NCBI GenBank assembly: GCA_005804965.1
Contig: SYOC01000111.1
Coordinates: forward strand, 1-59,509
Direction: 5' to 3'
DNA length: 59,509 bases
DNA from: Pseudomonadota bacterium
GTDB lineage: Bacteria > Desulfobacterota > Binatia > Bin18
Position 1 is the stretch's first letter; every line of letters begins with the position of its first letter. This document shows positions 9,368 to 17,757 of the stretch, in pieces. The translations under genes were made by a program, and so were the position numbers. The notes below the pieces were generated by a model, which was given only the letters and a program-made list of their open reading frames with translations, made no database searches and was not told where the DNA came from.

Positions 9368-10339
9368 ATGCCCACTATACATGCCCATTCCCTTCCCTGC
9401 GGGTTTACCGAAGATCTCTTGATCGCGGAGACTTTGGCAGAAACGACCCCTGCACTGAGCCAGCAAGTGGCTGCGCACCTTGCTAGTTGTGCTTCGTGTC
9501 GGACGTTGGTTGAACGCTATCGCGGCCTGCAAACGCATCTGCATACCTTGGCGGCAACCGACAATGCTCAGCGCGGCCTTCCACAAGCACGCCAACGGTT
9601 GGATGCCCAGTTAGCCCTGCATACGCGCCCACGACTGCAAGTGGAAATCTGGCATTCGCCGGTAGGCGATTTGCGGATCGGACGAACAGCGAAAGGTGTT
9701 GCCCTCGTCGAGTTCGTGCGACCCGACGAGCAGACCGTCGTCCCCACACAGCGGTGGAACGAGTTCACGCTTGAAAACGGCGGATTAGAGGTGCAAACCT
9801 TGATCGGACAACTCGAAGGCTATTTCGATGGCCAGACGCAGGACCTCGCCTGGCACGTCGATGACGTGTTTATGCGCAGCGACTTTCAGCGGACAGTGCT
9901 GCATGCCACGGCGGAAGTGCCCTACGGTACGGTGGTGACGTACCAAGCCATTGCCGACACTATCGGCCAGTCGAAAGCTGTCCGCGCTGTTGCTCAAGCA
10001 TTGCGTCATAATCCCGTGCCCATCCACATTCCCTGTCACCGCGTCATCGGCAGCGACGGCGCGCTGACCGGCTATGCCGGTAATCTGGTCGACATCAAGA
10101 AAAAAATTCTGGAACTGGAAGGGATCCCTGTCGTTGCCACCGACAAAGGACTCGCCATTGCCCGAGGGCAGATGTACATCGGCTGGCGGCGCGACCGGTA
10201 TTTTTGTCTGCCGCGCTGCACCACGTTGAAAGAACAGTCGGCTGGAGATCGTGCTTTCATTGCTTCACGTACACGTGCCGAAGCGATGGGCTATCGGCCA
10301 TGCGACGTGTGTCATCCGGATCTTCAACTTTTTTCGTAA
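9368..10339 (+). CDS. Fusion of ZAS anti-sigma domain, methylated-DNA-protein-cysteine methyltransferase (Ogt) and Ada-type Zn-binding domain
   Basis: C11-x25-H37-x3-C41-x2-C44; 'VPYG..TY..IA..IG..KAVRAVAQAL..NP.PI.IPCHRVIG.DG.LTGYAG'; C-terminal 'FCLPRC...AEAMGYRPCDVCHP'; ATG at 9368 with GAGGA upstream. Confidence 0.9.
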   Translation: MPTIHAHSLPCGFTEDLLIAETLAETTPALSQQVAAHLASCASCRTLVERYRGLQTHLHTLAATDNAQRGLPQARQRLDAQLALHTRPRLQVEIWHSPVGDLRIGRTAKGVALVEFVRPDEQTVVPTQRWNEFTLENGGLEVQTLIGQLEGYFDGQTQDLAWHVDDVFMRSDFQRTVLHATAEVPYGTVVTYQAIADTIGQSKAVRAVAQALRHNPVPIHIPCHRVIGSDGALTGYAGNLVDIKKKILELEGIPVVATDKGLAIARGQMYIGWRRDRYFCLPRCTTLKEQSAGDRAFIASRTRAEAMGYRPCDVCHPDLQLFS

Positions 10340-10365
10340 ATCTCTCATTTCTATAGGAGGACGTT

Positions 10366-10758
10366 ATGGCAGGACGTATTGACCACACCATTATCGCCGT
10401 CAACCGCTACGAACAGGCGTGTCAGTTTTATGCGTGGCTGATGCCGAAGATTGGCTATCCGCAGATGCATGACTATGGCGTAACACGGGGGTGGGCGGCG
10501 GACTCGGGCAGTTTCTGGATCAAGCAAGCCGGGGCGCAATTCGCCAGTGACACTTTTCACAAAGATCGCGTCGGGCTGTGCGAAATCGCTTTTCGTGCAG
10601 ATAATCGCGCACAGATCGACGAACTCGCCCAAGGCATCGTCGCCAACGGCGGCACGATTCTCGACCCACCGCGCGAGTACGACTACGTCCCCGGCTACTA
10701 CGCGGTCTTCTTTGCCGACCCGGACGGTATCAAGCTCGAGTTTGTTCATATGCCTTGA
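10366..10758 (+). CDS. VOC/glyoxalase family protein
   Basis: 'IDH..I.V' and 'YYAVFFADPDGIKLEFVH' motifs; AGGAGG RBS. Confidence 0.9.
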   Translation: MAGRIDHTIIAVNRYEQACQFYAWLMPKIGYPQMHDYGVTRGWAADSGSFWIKQAGAQFASDTFHKDRVGLCEIAFRADNRAQIDELAQGIVANGGTILDPPREYDYVPGYYAVFFADPDGIKLEFVHMP

Positions 10759-10819
10759 AGCCAAGCGCGTTTGTAACAAGAGTCCCCGGGGCGCGGTGCG
10801 CCGTGCCCCTCGTCCCAGG

Positions 10820-10962
10820 GGATGCATAACAAAATCCTGGATTCCGGGTCGCGGCCTGCGGCCTTGCCCGGAATGACGAATGCGGCAGGGCCGTCATTCC
10901 GGCGCAAGCCGGAATCCAGGGAGAGTTTGAGAAGGCTTTTGCCAAGAAATCGTTATGCGCCT
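10820..10962. mobile_element. MITE-like element (family A) with imperfect terminal inverted repeats, internal REP-like hairpins and flanking direct repeats
   Basis: Ends GGATGCATAAC...GTTATGCGCCT; CCTCGTCCCAGGG at both 10808-10820 and 10960-10972; related copies near 15950, 47091 and 47519. Confidence 0.7.
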
Positions 10963-11017
10963 CGTCCCAGGGAGACGTTTGCCGCCGAGGAAAGTTCGTG
11001 CTTTGATATCAACCACC

Positions 11018-11893
11018 ATGAAGCACAACATCACCTTGGTCCCAGTAACAGCGGCCCTCCTCCTCGGGTGTGTTTTTCTGGTCAGTTGCCAGCGCTCTCA
11101 GCCGACTGCACGAGTCGCCTCCTCATCTGAGCAGCCAGACGTAACCATTCCTGACGATCTCCAAGAAACGGTCAACACGCTCATCCCCGCAGTAGAGACC
11201 CTCGATATCCCCAGCATCTTGAGTGCCTATGCCAAGGATTTCGTCAGTGGCACGAGACGTGACCGGGACAATGTGCGCGACGTGTTTGCGCGACTCAAAG
11301 AGAATCACGTCACACTCCAAGTGGAGCAGACCACGTTCGAGAAAGTCACCGCGACCGAGGCGCAGCTCCGTACCCAACTGCGTCTCCGCTACAACGACCG
11401 GTTCCGCGATTTGGGAGAAGGCGAAGTGGTGGTAACCGACGTGCTGCGCCACTTCTTGCGCAAAGAAGAACAGGGCTGGAAAATTTATACCGACGAACGC
11501 CTCTCCACCTATCGCGAAGGTCGTTTCGGTCAGCAACCGCCCAATGCCAAGCTTGAGGTTCCGGAGCATTTGCCCACCAATCTTGCGTATCCTGTCACCG
11601 TGACCGTCCCGCGCGAGCGCAATGTGGATTATCAAGTGATGGTGGGGAACTACGCCGAAGACCCAGCCATTCTTCCGCCTCCCGACATCGTCACTTCCCT
11701 GCCGGAAGATGGGGTACTGCACGCGAACTTGCTACCCAACCCACAAGGGCGCAGTGAGATGGTGCGCATCACCATCATTGCTGCAACACCGGACGGCCAA
11801 TGGGTTGGGGCGACTACGATCTCGAAGTTTGTTCCTCGCGCCACGTCGGCAACAAAGCCGGGAGAGGCTGAGGAAGAACACGAACTCATTTGA
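11018..11893 (+). CDS. Putative lipoprotein with an NTF2/SnoaL-like domain and a C-terminal beta domain
   Basis: 'MKHN..LLLGCVFLVSC' lipobox-like N-terminus; 'ILSAYAKDF...WKIY' NTF2-like pattern; the ORF-track start lies inside the repeat. Confidence 0.65.
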   Translation: MKHNITLVPVTAALLLGCVFLVSCQRSQPTARVASSSEQPDVTIPDDLQETVNTLIPAVETLDIPSILSAYAKDFVSGTRRDRDNVRDVFARLKENHVTLQVEQTTFEKVTATEAQLRTQLRLRYNDRFRDLGEGEVVVTDVLRHFLRKEEQGWKIYTDERLSTYREGRFGQQPPNAKLEVPEHLPTNLAYPVTVTVPRERNVDYQVMVGNYAEDPAILPPPDIVTSLPEDGVLHANLLPNPQGRSEMVRITIIAATPDGQWVGATTISKFVPRATSATKPGEAEEEHELI

Positions 11894-11921
11894 CCATGCA
11901 AGCGACGGAAAGGGGACTGTT

Positions 11922-12332
11922 ATGATGACCGCCAATAAAATGCTCGTGCGCCGGTATTTCGAGGAAGTCTTGAGCGCTGGCAATCTGGCCCTCATCGATA
12001 CACTGATCTCTCCCTCGTATGTCAGCCATTATCCCGCCGGGTACGAACTCGGCGGTGGCCCGGAAGATGTGCGGCAGATTGTCACCAGCGTGCGCCGTGC
12101 GTTTCCCAACGTGCATTTCACCGTCGAGGACGTGATTGCAGAGGACGATACAGTCGTGTGCCGCTGGACGTTCCGTGGTGAACAAGAAGGCGACTTCATG
12201 GGCATTCCCGCCTCGGGCAAGAAAGCTACGGTGATGGGCATCGCAGTCTACCGGGTGGCAAACGGTCAGATTGTCGAAGCGTGGTTTACCTGGGATGCAC
12301 TTGGGCTGATGCGTCAGCTCGACGAAGAATAA
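11922..12332 (+). CDS. SnoaL-like ester cyclase
   Basis: 'NK.LVRR.FEEV', 'AFP...FTVED.IAE.D.VV.RWT..G...G.FMGIP.SGK', 'D.LGLMRQL'. Confidence 0.92.
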   Translation: MMTANKMLVRRYFEEVLSAGNLALIDTLISPSYVSHYPAGYELGGGPEDVRQIVTSVRRAFPNVHFTVEDVIAEDDTVVCRWTFRGEQEGDFMGIPASGKKATVMGIAVYRVANGQIVEAWFTWDALGLMRQLDEE

Positions 12333-12347
12333 TCTCCACCTCTTTGT

Positions 12348-12764
12348 ATGGCTCGCCACACACTCGTTTCGCCGCGTGGCCTCCGAGCGAAAGCCACTGC
12401 GGCGGCGCAACAGCCGCGTTTCTTTGCTTATGTCTATCGACTGGTCGCGCAAGTACCGAAAGGCACAGTCGTGACTTATGGACAGGTGGCCGCATTACTC
12501 GGCGCACCCCGCGCCGCGCGTGCCGTCGGCACGGCGTTACGTCATTTGCCGCCGCAGTTAGTGGGCACAATTCCCTGGCAGCGGGTCATCAACGCCTCCG
12601 GCGGCATCAGCTTTCGTGGCGATGTTATCCGCGTCGAGGAGCAGCGCTGGCTCTTGGAGAACGAAGGCATTGAGTTTAATCGTCACGGCAAAGTCGATCT
12701 GAAAACCCAACGCTGGGCTGGTCCGAAAAAGTGGCGCGTGCCACAGTGGAAGGGGAAGGTGTAG
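12348..12764 (+). CDS. Alkyltransferase-like protein (ATL, YbaZ/Atl1-type MGMT family)
   Basis: 'VPKG.V.TYGQVA.L.G.PRAARAVG.AL' and PWQRV in place of catalytic PCHRV; 'Q..LL..EG..F'. Confidence 0.9.
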   Translation: MARHTLVSPRGLRAKATAAAQQPRFFAYVYRLVAQVPKGTVVTYGQVAALLGAPRAARAVGTALRHLPPQLVGTIPWQRVINASGGISFRGDVIRVEEQRWLLENEGIEFNRHGKVDLKTQRWAGPKKWRVPQWKGKV

Positions 12765-12773
12765 GTTCTACCC

Positions 12774-12798
12774 GGGCGGCTCGGCGAGCCGCCCTACC
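12774..12798. repeat. Intergenic hairpin (GTAG-type REP remnant or bidirectional terminator) between convergent genes
   Basis: GGGCGGCTCG-G-CGAGCCGCCC followed by TAC. Confidence 0.55.
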
Positions 12799-12816
12799 TT
12801 TGGAAGAACGACAGGA

Positions 12817-13785
12817 TTACGGAATCAATACCAATTTCCCCACCGATCCGCGCGATTCCATATGGCGATGCGCTTCTGGTGCCTCGGCCATCGGGTAGCT
12901 CTTGCCGATCAGCATTTTCAGTTTGCCTTCTTTCATCAGTTGAAACGCCTTATCAACGCCAGCCTGATGTTTGTCTGGCATCGACGACACGGTGTAGAGC
13001 ACGAAGCCGCTGACTTTGGTCGATTTCTGGAACAGCGACATCAAGTTCACCGGATCAGGAATCCCGCCAGCGCGACCGTACAGAATCAAATGGCCGAACG
13101 GTGCCAAGCACTTCAAGCCTTTTTCTAAGGTCGGTTTGCCGACCGCGTCAAGAATCAAGTCCGCACCTTTGTTGTCAGTGAGTTTCATGACCTCATCGGC
13201 AAAGTCCGTGCTGGCGTAATTCACGACTTCGTCAGCACCATACTGCTTCACCAAATCGAACTTACTGTTGCTTGAGACCGTGCCAATCACCCGTGCCCCA
13301 GCCGCCTTGGCAATCTGCACGGCGACAATCCCGACGCCACCCGCAGCGGAATGCACCACCACCGTTTGCCCTGGCGTGGTGGTGTGCGAGGTATGCAGCA
13401 TGTGGTAGGCCGTGAGCGTCTGAATGGGAAACGCGACGCCATCTTCGTAGCCCACGTGGTCCGGCAGCGGAATGACTTGCGCCGCCGACACTGTGCAATA
13501 CTCGGCGTAGGTTTTGGTGCCGATGGCCGTGACGCGCATCCCTGGCTTGAGATGGGTGACGCCTTCGCCAACGGCATCTACCACTCCAGCGGCTTCCAGC
13601 CCGGGGATGTCCGGCAGATTCGGCTTCATCAGGTATTGGCCTTGACGGAAGAGGGTGTCAGCGAAGTTGATGCCCGACGCATGCACTTTGATGCGCACCC
13701 AACCTTTACGCGGTTCCGGCACGGGCGCTTCGCCGACCTTGAGGACTTCGGGTCCTCCGAGTTCGTGAAACATGACGGCTTTCAT
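12817..13785 (-). CDS. NADPH:quinone oxidoreductase (MDR/Qor family)
   Basis: 'GGPEVL', 'G.NFAD...R.G.Y', 'PG.E.AG.V', 'H.AAGGVG' and 'GKLVL' motifs. Confidence 0.93.
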   Translation of the reverse strand: MKAVMFHELGGPEVLKVGEAPVPEPRKGWVRIKVHASGINFADTLFRQGQYLMKPNLPDIPGLEAAGVVDAVGEGVTHLKPGMRVTAIGTKTYAEYCTVSAAQVIPLPDHVGYEDGVAFPIQTLTAYHMLHTSHTTTPGQTVVVHSAAGGVGIVAVQIAKAAGARVIGTVSSNSKFDLVKQYGADEVVNYASTDFADEVMKLTDNKGADLILDAVGKPTLEKGLKCLAPFGHLILYGRAGGIPDPVNLMSLFQKSTKVSGFVLYTVSSMPDKHQAGVDKAFQLMKEGKLKMLIGKSYPMAEAPEAHRHMESRGSVGKLVLIP

Positions 13786-13864
13786 GGGTTCCTCCTTGCG
13801 ATTGATTGTGCTGCCCCTGTCCTAGCCGAAGGAAGAAAGTGACGGAAGGGCGGCGGAGAGTCGC

Positions 13865-14746
13865 TCAACGCCGTAACGCACCGTCACGGGCAATGGCTTC
13901 AATGACTTCACGCATGGTCCAGTCTTGCTCGCCGCGCTCAGGATGGCGCTCAGCCAGCCGCAGCTTCCCCACGGCAGCCAGCGTATCGCGTGCCCCGCTC
14001 GCCATGACGGACGAGAACCCGTAATGCTCCAACATGTCGGCCAGCTCGGCCATTTCATCTGCACGCCGCGCGGCATGTAGCGGATAGGTTGGCACCAGCC
14101 ATTCCAGCGCCTGCATGATTCCTGGCAGCAGCGCGGTATAGGTCTGGAGCAAACCATCAAGAAACCCGAACTCCTTCCCTGCTGCTGTCAGTTCGAAAAG
14201 CAACGCCGCCAGCCCTTTATTCAAGCCGGAAAAAGCAATCTTGAACGCTGAGGCTTGTCCGATGCGGTCTCCTAGTTGGTGGGTTTTGATCGACGTGCCA
14301 ATGCACTCCTCGAAGCGTTGAGCATCAGGTCCGCTCACGTGAAAAGTGCAGCGTCCTCGGACATCGCGTGCCGGGCCGATAATGCACGCATCCAAATAAG
14401 GAATCCCGGCTTGCGTGATGATGGCCCCGACTTCTTGCGTCGTCATCGGCGAGATCGCGTTGGCATCGACGTACAGCGGCGGATGAGCGAGATGTGCGGC
14501 CGCCGCAGCAAAGTCGGTAGCCACGGCAATGGCTGCTGCGGGAGGAATGATCGAAATGACAAGGTCGGCGCGTTCACACACGTGCCGCAGTGAGTCGAGC
14601 ACCTCAATCGTCGTGCTGGCGGCGAGTCGTCGGGTACGTTCGCTGCGGCCAGCCAGCGTGGTCACCACTGAGAAGCCGTCTTCGAGCAAAACCCGCGCAA
14701 CATTGTGACCCATGTCGCCGGGATACAGAATGCCGATGGTGGGCAT
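13865..14746 (-). CDS. NAD(P)-dependent oxidoreductase, 6PGD/3-hydroxyisobutyrate DH-like (DUF1932)
   Basis: 'IGIL.PGDMG', 'YVDANAISP', 'G.ASA.K....L.KG', 'A.R...EM.E.A'. Confidence 0.85.
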   Translation of the reverse strand: MPTIGILYPGDMGHNVARVLLEDGFSVVTTLAGRSERTRRLAASTTIEVLDSLRHVCERADLVISIIPPAAAIAVATDFAAAAAHLAHPPLYVDANAISPMTTQEVGAIITQAGIPYLDACIIGPARDVRGRCTFHVSGPDAQRFEECIGTSIKTHQLGDRIGQASAFKIAFSGLNKGLAALLFELTAAGKEFGFLDGLLQTYTALLPGIMQALEWLVPTYPLHAARRADEMAELADMLEHYGFSSVMASGARDTLAAVGKLRLAERHPERGEQDWTMREVIEAIARDGALRR

Positions 14747-14879
14747 GCAGTTCCTCCTTTATCGAGCGTGGTGGCTTGGCAGTATAACCGATGCCCCTGC
14801 CAGCGCGAGAACCACCCTGTGGCGTTGCTTTTCTTCAGGTACTGTGGCACGGGCTAAGACAAAAGAAGGAGGACCCTCT

Positions 14880-15935
14880 GTGGATAAAGCCAAACGCGAA
14901 AAATTTCTCAAACAACTGATGGGTCATGTTAGCGGTGCCGCGCTGTCGGGCATGATCTATGTCGGCGACCAAGTCGGACTATTCAAAGCCATGGCAGGTG
15001 CCGGCGGCCTCACGAGTGCAGAGGTTGCCACCAAAGCCGGCTTGCAGGAACGCTATGTCCGTGAGTGGCTGTCGGCGATGGCTGCTGCCGGCATCGTCGA
15101 GTATGACGCTGGCAGCGAGCGCTTTACGTTTCCCGAAGAGCACGCCGCGCTGCTGGCCGATGACAATAGCCCCAGTTTTCTCGGTGGATTGGTGCAGAGC
15201 ACCATCGTCATGCTGCGGGCCGCGCCACGTGTCGCCGAATCTTTCGTGCATGGCGGCGGTGTGCCGTTTGTAGAATACGGCAAAGAGCATGTCGCGGCGA
15301 TTGATCGCGGCAACCGACCGCAATACCAGTTCCATCTGGTGAAACGTTGGCTGCCTGCCATGCCTGATGTCGTGGAGCGTTTGGAAGCCGGGGCGGAAGC
15401 CGCAGATATCGGTTGTGGCAGCGGCTACCCGAGTATCCTGATGGCGCAAGCCTTTCCCAACTCGCGCTTCTACGGGTTTGATGTCAGCGAAGAATCGCTT
15501 GACCGTGCCCGCACTGATGCCCACAGCAAAGGCGTGGCCGACCGCGTCGAGTTCCAGCGGGTCTCGGCGACCGAGCTGCCGGAAACGCGCAAGTTTGCCT
15601 TCATTTCATCGTTTGATGCGATTCACGACATGGTGGACCCACGTGGTGCCTTGCGTGGCATTCGTCGAGCGCTGGCCGACGACGGCGTGTACATGATGGT
15701 CGAGCCGCGCTCCGGCGACACGCTGAGCGAGAACCTCAACGGGCAAGGTGCGCTGATGTATTCGATGAGCACGCTCCACTGCATGACCGTGTCGCTCGCT
15801 CATGGTGGTGAAGGCATCGGCACGGCCATCGGGCAGAACAAAGTGCAGGAATTAGCCGACCAAGCTGGGTTCTCCCGCGTACGCCGTCTACCCATTGAGC
15901 ACTTGGCACAAGCGTTCTACGAACTGCGTCCGTAG
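14880..15935 (+). CDS. Class I SAM-dependent methyltransferase with N-terminal winged-helix (Rv2258c-like)
   Basis: 'GL.ERYVREWL', 'DIGCGSG', 'FDAIHD', 'YS.S..HC..VSLA.GG.G.G'; GTG start after AGGAGG. Confidence 0.9.
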   Translation: MDKAKREKFLKQLMGHVSGAALSGMIYVGDQVGLFKAMAGAGGLTSAEVATKAGLQERYVREWLSAMAAAGIVEYDAGSERFTFPEEHAALLADDNSPSFLGGLVQSTIVMLRAAPRVAESFVHGGGVPFVEYGKEHVAAIDRGNRPQYQFHLVKRWLPAMPDVVERLEAGAEAADIGCGSGYPSILMAQAFPNSRFYGFDVSEESLDRARTDAHSKGVADRVEFQRVSATELPETRKFAFISSFDAIHDMVDPRGALRGIRRALADDGVYMMVEPRSGDTLSENLNGQGALMYSMSTLHCMTVSLAHGGEGIGTAIGQNKVQELADQAGFSRVRRLPIEHLAQAFYELRP

Positions 15936-15949
15936 AGTAAATCGCGGGT

Positions 15950-16142
15950 TGGGCGGGAATGACGACGGAACGCGCGAAATTTGGTCATTCCCGCGCACGC
16001 GGGAATCCAGGGTTTTGCTCCTGGATTCCGGGTCTCGCAGTGCTCGCCCGGAATGACGAATGCGACAGGGCCGTCGTTCCGGCGCACGCGGGAATCCAGA
16101 GAGAGGTTAAGAAGGCTTTTGCCAAGAAATTGTTATGCACCC
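15950..16142. repeat. Family A MITE/REP composite copy between convergent genes
   Basis: GTCATTCCCGCGCACGCGGGAATCCA hairpins and the end AAGGCTTTTGCCAAGAAATTGTTATGCACCC match the 10820 copy. Confidence 0.8.
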
Positions 16143-16148
16143 GCGCCC

Positions 16149-16838
16149 TCATCCCTCCTTCCCGAACACGACGATGCGCTGCTGTTCAAGAAACTCCAGC
16201 ACTTCGAGCACCGTCCAGCCCAACGGCTCAATCTCCGTACGGAGCTGCGCCAGCGTGGTTTTGTGGTCCGGCTTAATCGGCACGTTGGGGTCTTCGCCGC
16301 GATACTCGACCAAGACGAGCCGCCCTTGTGGCTTCAAGGCGCGGCGCACCTGCGCCAACGTTTCTTCCGGGTATTCCAACTCGTGATAGACATCGACCAT
16401 CAGCGCGAGGTCGAGACTATTCTCCGGCAGTTTGGCGTCGGTGGGCGTACACAACACGAGTTCGATATTGCTCAGGCCAGCGGCACGCATGTTGTCTTTG
16501 AGGATGGCGAGCATTTGTGGCTGGATGTCGGTGGCGAGGACGCGGCCTTGCGGACCAACGCGCTTGGCTAAGCGCAGGCTGAAATAGCCGGTGCCCGCGC
16601 CAATGTCCGCAACCGTGTTGCCGGATTGAATGTGCAAAGCATCCAGCACTTTCTCCGGTTGTTGCACGGCATCACGGTCGGCCCGGTCGAGCCACCCCGC
16701 ACCACGATAACTCATGGGCGGGGCAATCACCCGACCTTGATAGGTTTTGGGGGCCGCGTCAGATGGGAGAAGAGACTCGCTACCACTTTCGGTTCCTAGC
16801 GCTAGCACCAACAACGCCGTAAGTGCGGTGGAACGCAT
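16149..16838 (-). CDS. Class I SAM-dependent methyltransferase with signal-peptide-like N-terminus
   Basis: 'VADIGAGTGYFS', 'DIQP.ML', 'VDVYHE', 'LKP.GRL.LVEYR'. Confidence 0.88.
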   Translation of the reverse strand: MRSTALTALLVLALGTESGSESLLPSDAAPKTYQGRVIAPPMSYRGAGWLDRADRDAVQQPEKVLDALHIQSGNTVADIGAGTGYFSLRLAKRVGPQGRVLATDIQPQMLAILKDNMRAAGLSNIELVLCTPTDAKLPENSLDLALMVDVYHELEYPEETLAQVRRALKPQGRLVLVEYRGEDPNVPIKPDHKTTLAQLRTEIEPLGWTVLEVLEFLEQQRIVVFGKEG

Positions 16839-16890
16839 CCACGGCAAGGTGAAGCGCTGAGAGCTTTGTTTACGACTCAAGTACATTGGG

Positions 16891-17500
16891 TCAATCAAAA
16901 GTCGGTGTCTCGTTTGCGGCGAGCCACTGTTCGAGGTCCGTTACACTACGGAAGTCGAGCAATGCCTCACCGAGTAGTTCGAGCTGAGGGACCGACAATC
17001 GTTCCACATGCGCTCTCAAGGCGGGTGTTAAAACACCGCAACGGCGTTGCACGAGGCGCAAAATCAATGTCACGCCCTCTTGGCGGCGGCCTTCCAAGTG
17101 ACCTTCTTGGCGGCCCTCTTGGCGGCCTTCCGCGAACACGTCTTGATAAAACTGCGTCTGTTTCAGCTCAAGGTCAGTCAGTCCTAACATGGTCTGGATC
17201 TCCTGCCGTGTCAGCCGCGGAAGCTTGTACACCAAGATGGTCTCTACCAGCTCTACTATGGCTGCCCCCTGTCCCTTGTCAACCGATGCTTGCCGCACCC
17301 GCGCCACTACGGCCTGCGCGACAGGCACGGCTTCCTGCGGTGCTGCTAACACTACTGCCATCAAGGCGAAAGGTGGTTTCTTTGAGTTCGACGGAGGTGA
17401 AACGGTAGGCGGTGGCCTGTGCCGGGACTTGGTCGATCAACTCGAAGAGCAAGTCGGGCAGGGTCTGGAACAAGCGATAGAAGAGACTGTCGGTTTTCAT
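16891..17500 (-). pseudogene. Rpn family (DUF2887-type nuclease/putative transposase plus DUF4351) with internal deletion and frameshift
   Basis: 'MKTDSLFYRLFQ...Y.F.SVELKET.FRLDG' N-terminus joins out of frame near 17360 to 'ELVETILVYKLP...T.FYQ....EGRQEG...L..L.EALLDF....DL..WL'. Confidence 0.85.
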
Positions 17501-17757
17501 AGGGGGAAGGCCTGTGCCACTTCGCGCTTGTTTGTAGCATGGGTGAGGCGGCATTGCAGGCGGGCCGCGCGGTAAGTCACTCCTACCGATATTCTTGCCC
17601 TCGAAACGACAGCCGATGGCGCGAGTCGTGAGGACGCTGGTGTCAGCGTAGTGTCCCCACGAGGGGTGTGCCAAACCGCTGGAAGATGATATGGGCGTGA
17701 AGGCCAAGACGGGCGCGAGGTCTCGTGTCTCGCCAACAACAAAAGGAGGCAGTCAGC

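Noticed and set aside
10730-10945. ORFs reading 'MAKAFSNSPWIPACAGMT' and similar (also 15981..16571, 47063..47479, 47476..47796, 47525..48088)
   Set aside because: They are translations of the family A palindromic repeat and/or antisense to real genes
10808-16142. Repeated palindromes as a CRISPR array
   Set aside because: Copies are dispersed over kilobases, with no regular repeat-spacer period and no cas genes
17501-17757. TPP riboswitch upstream of the ThDP enzyme
   Set aside because: The conserved CTGAGA and ACCTG core elements were not found by eye; an Infernal scan would be definitive
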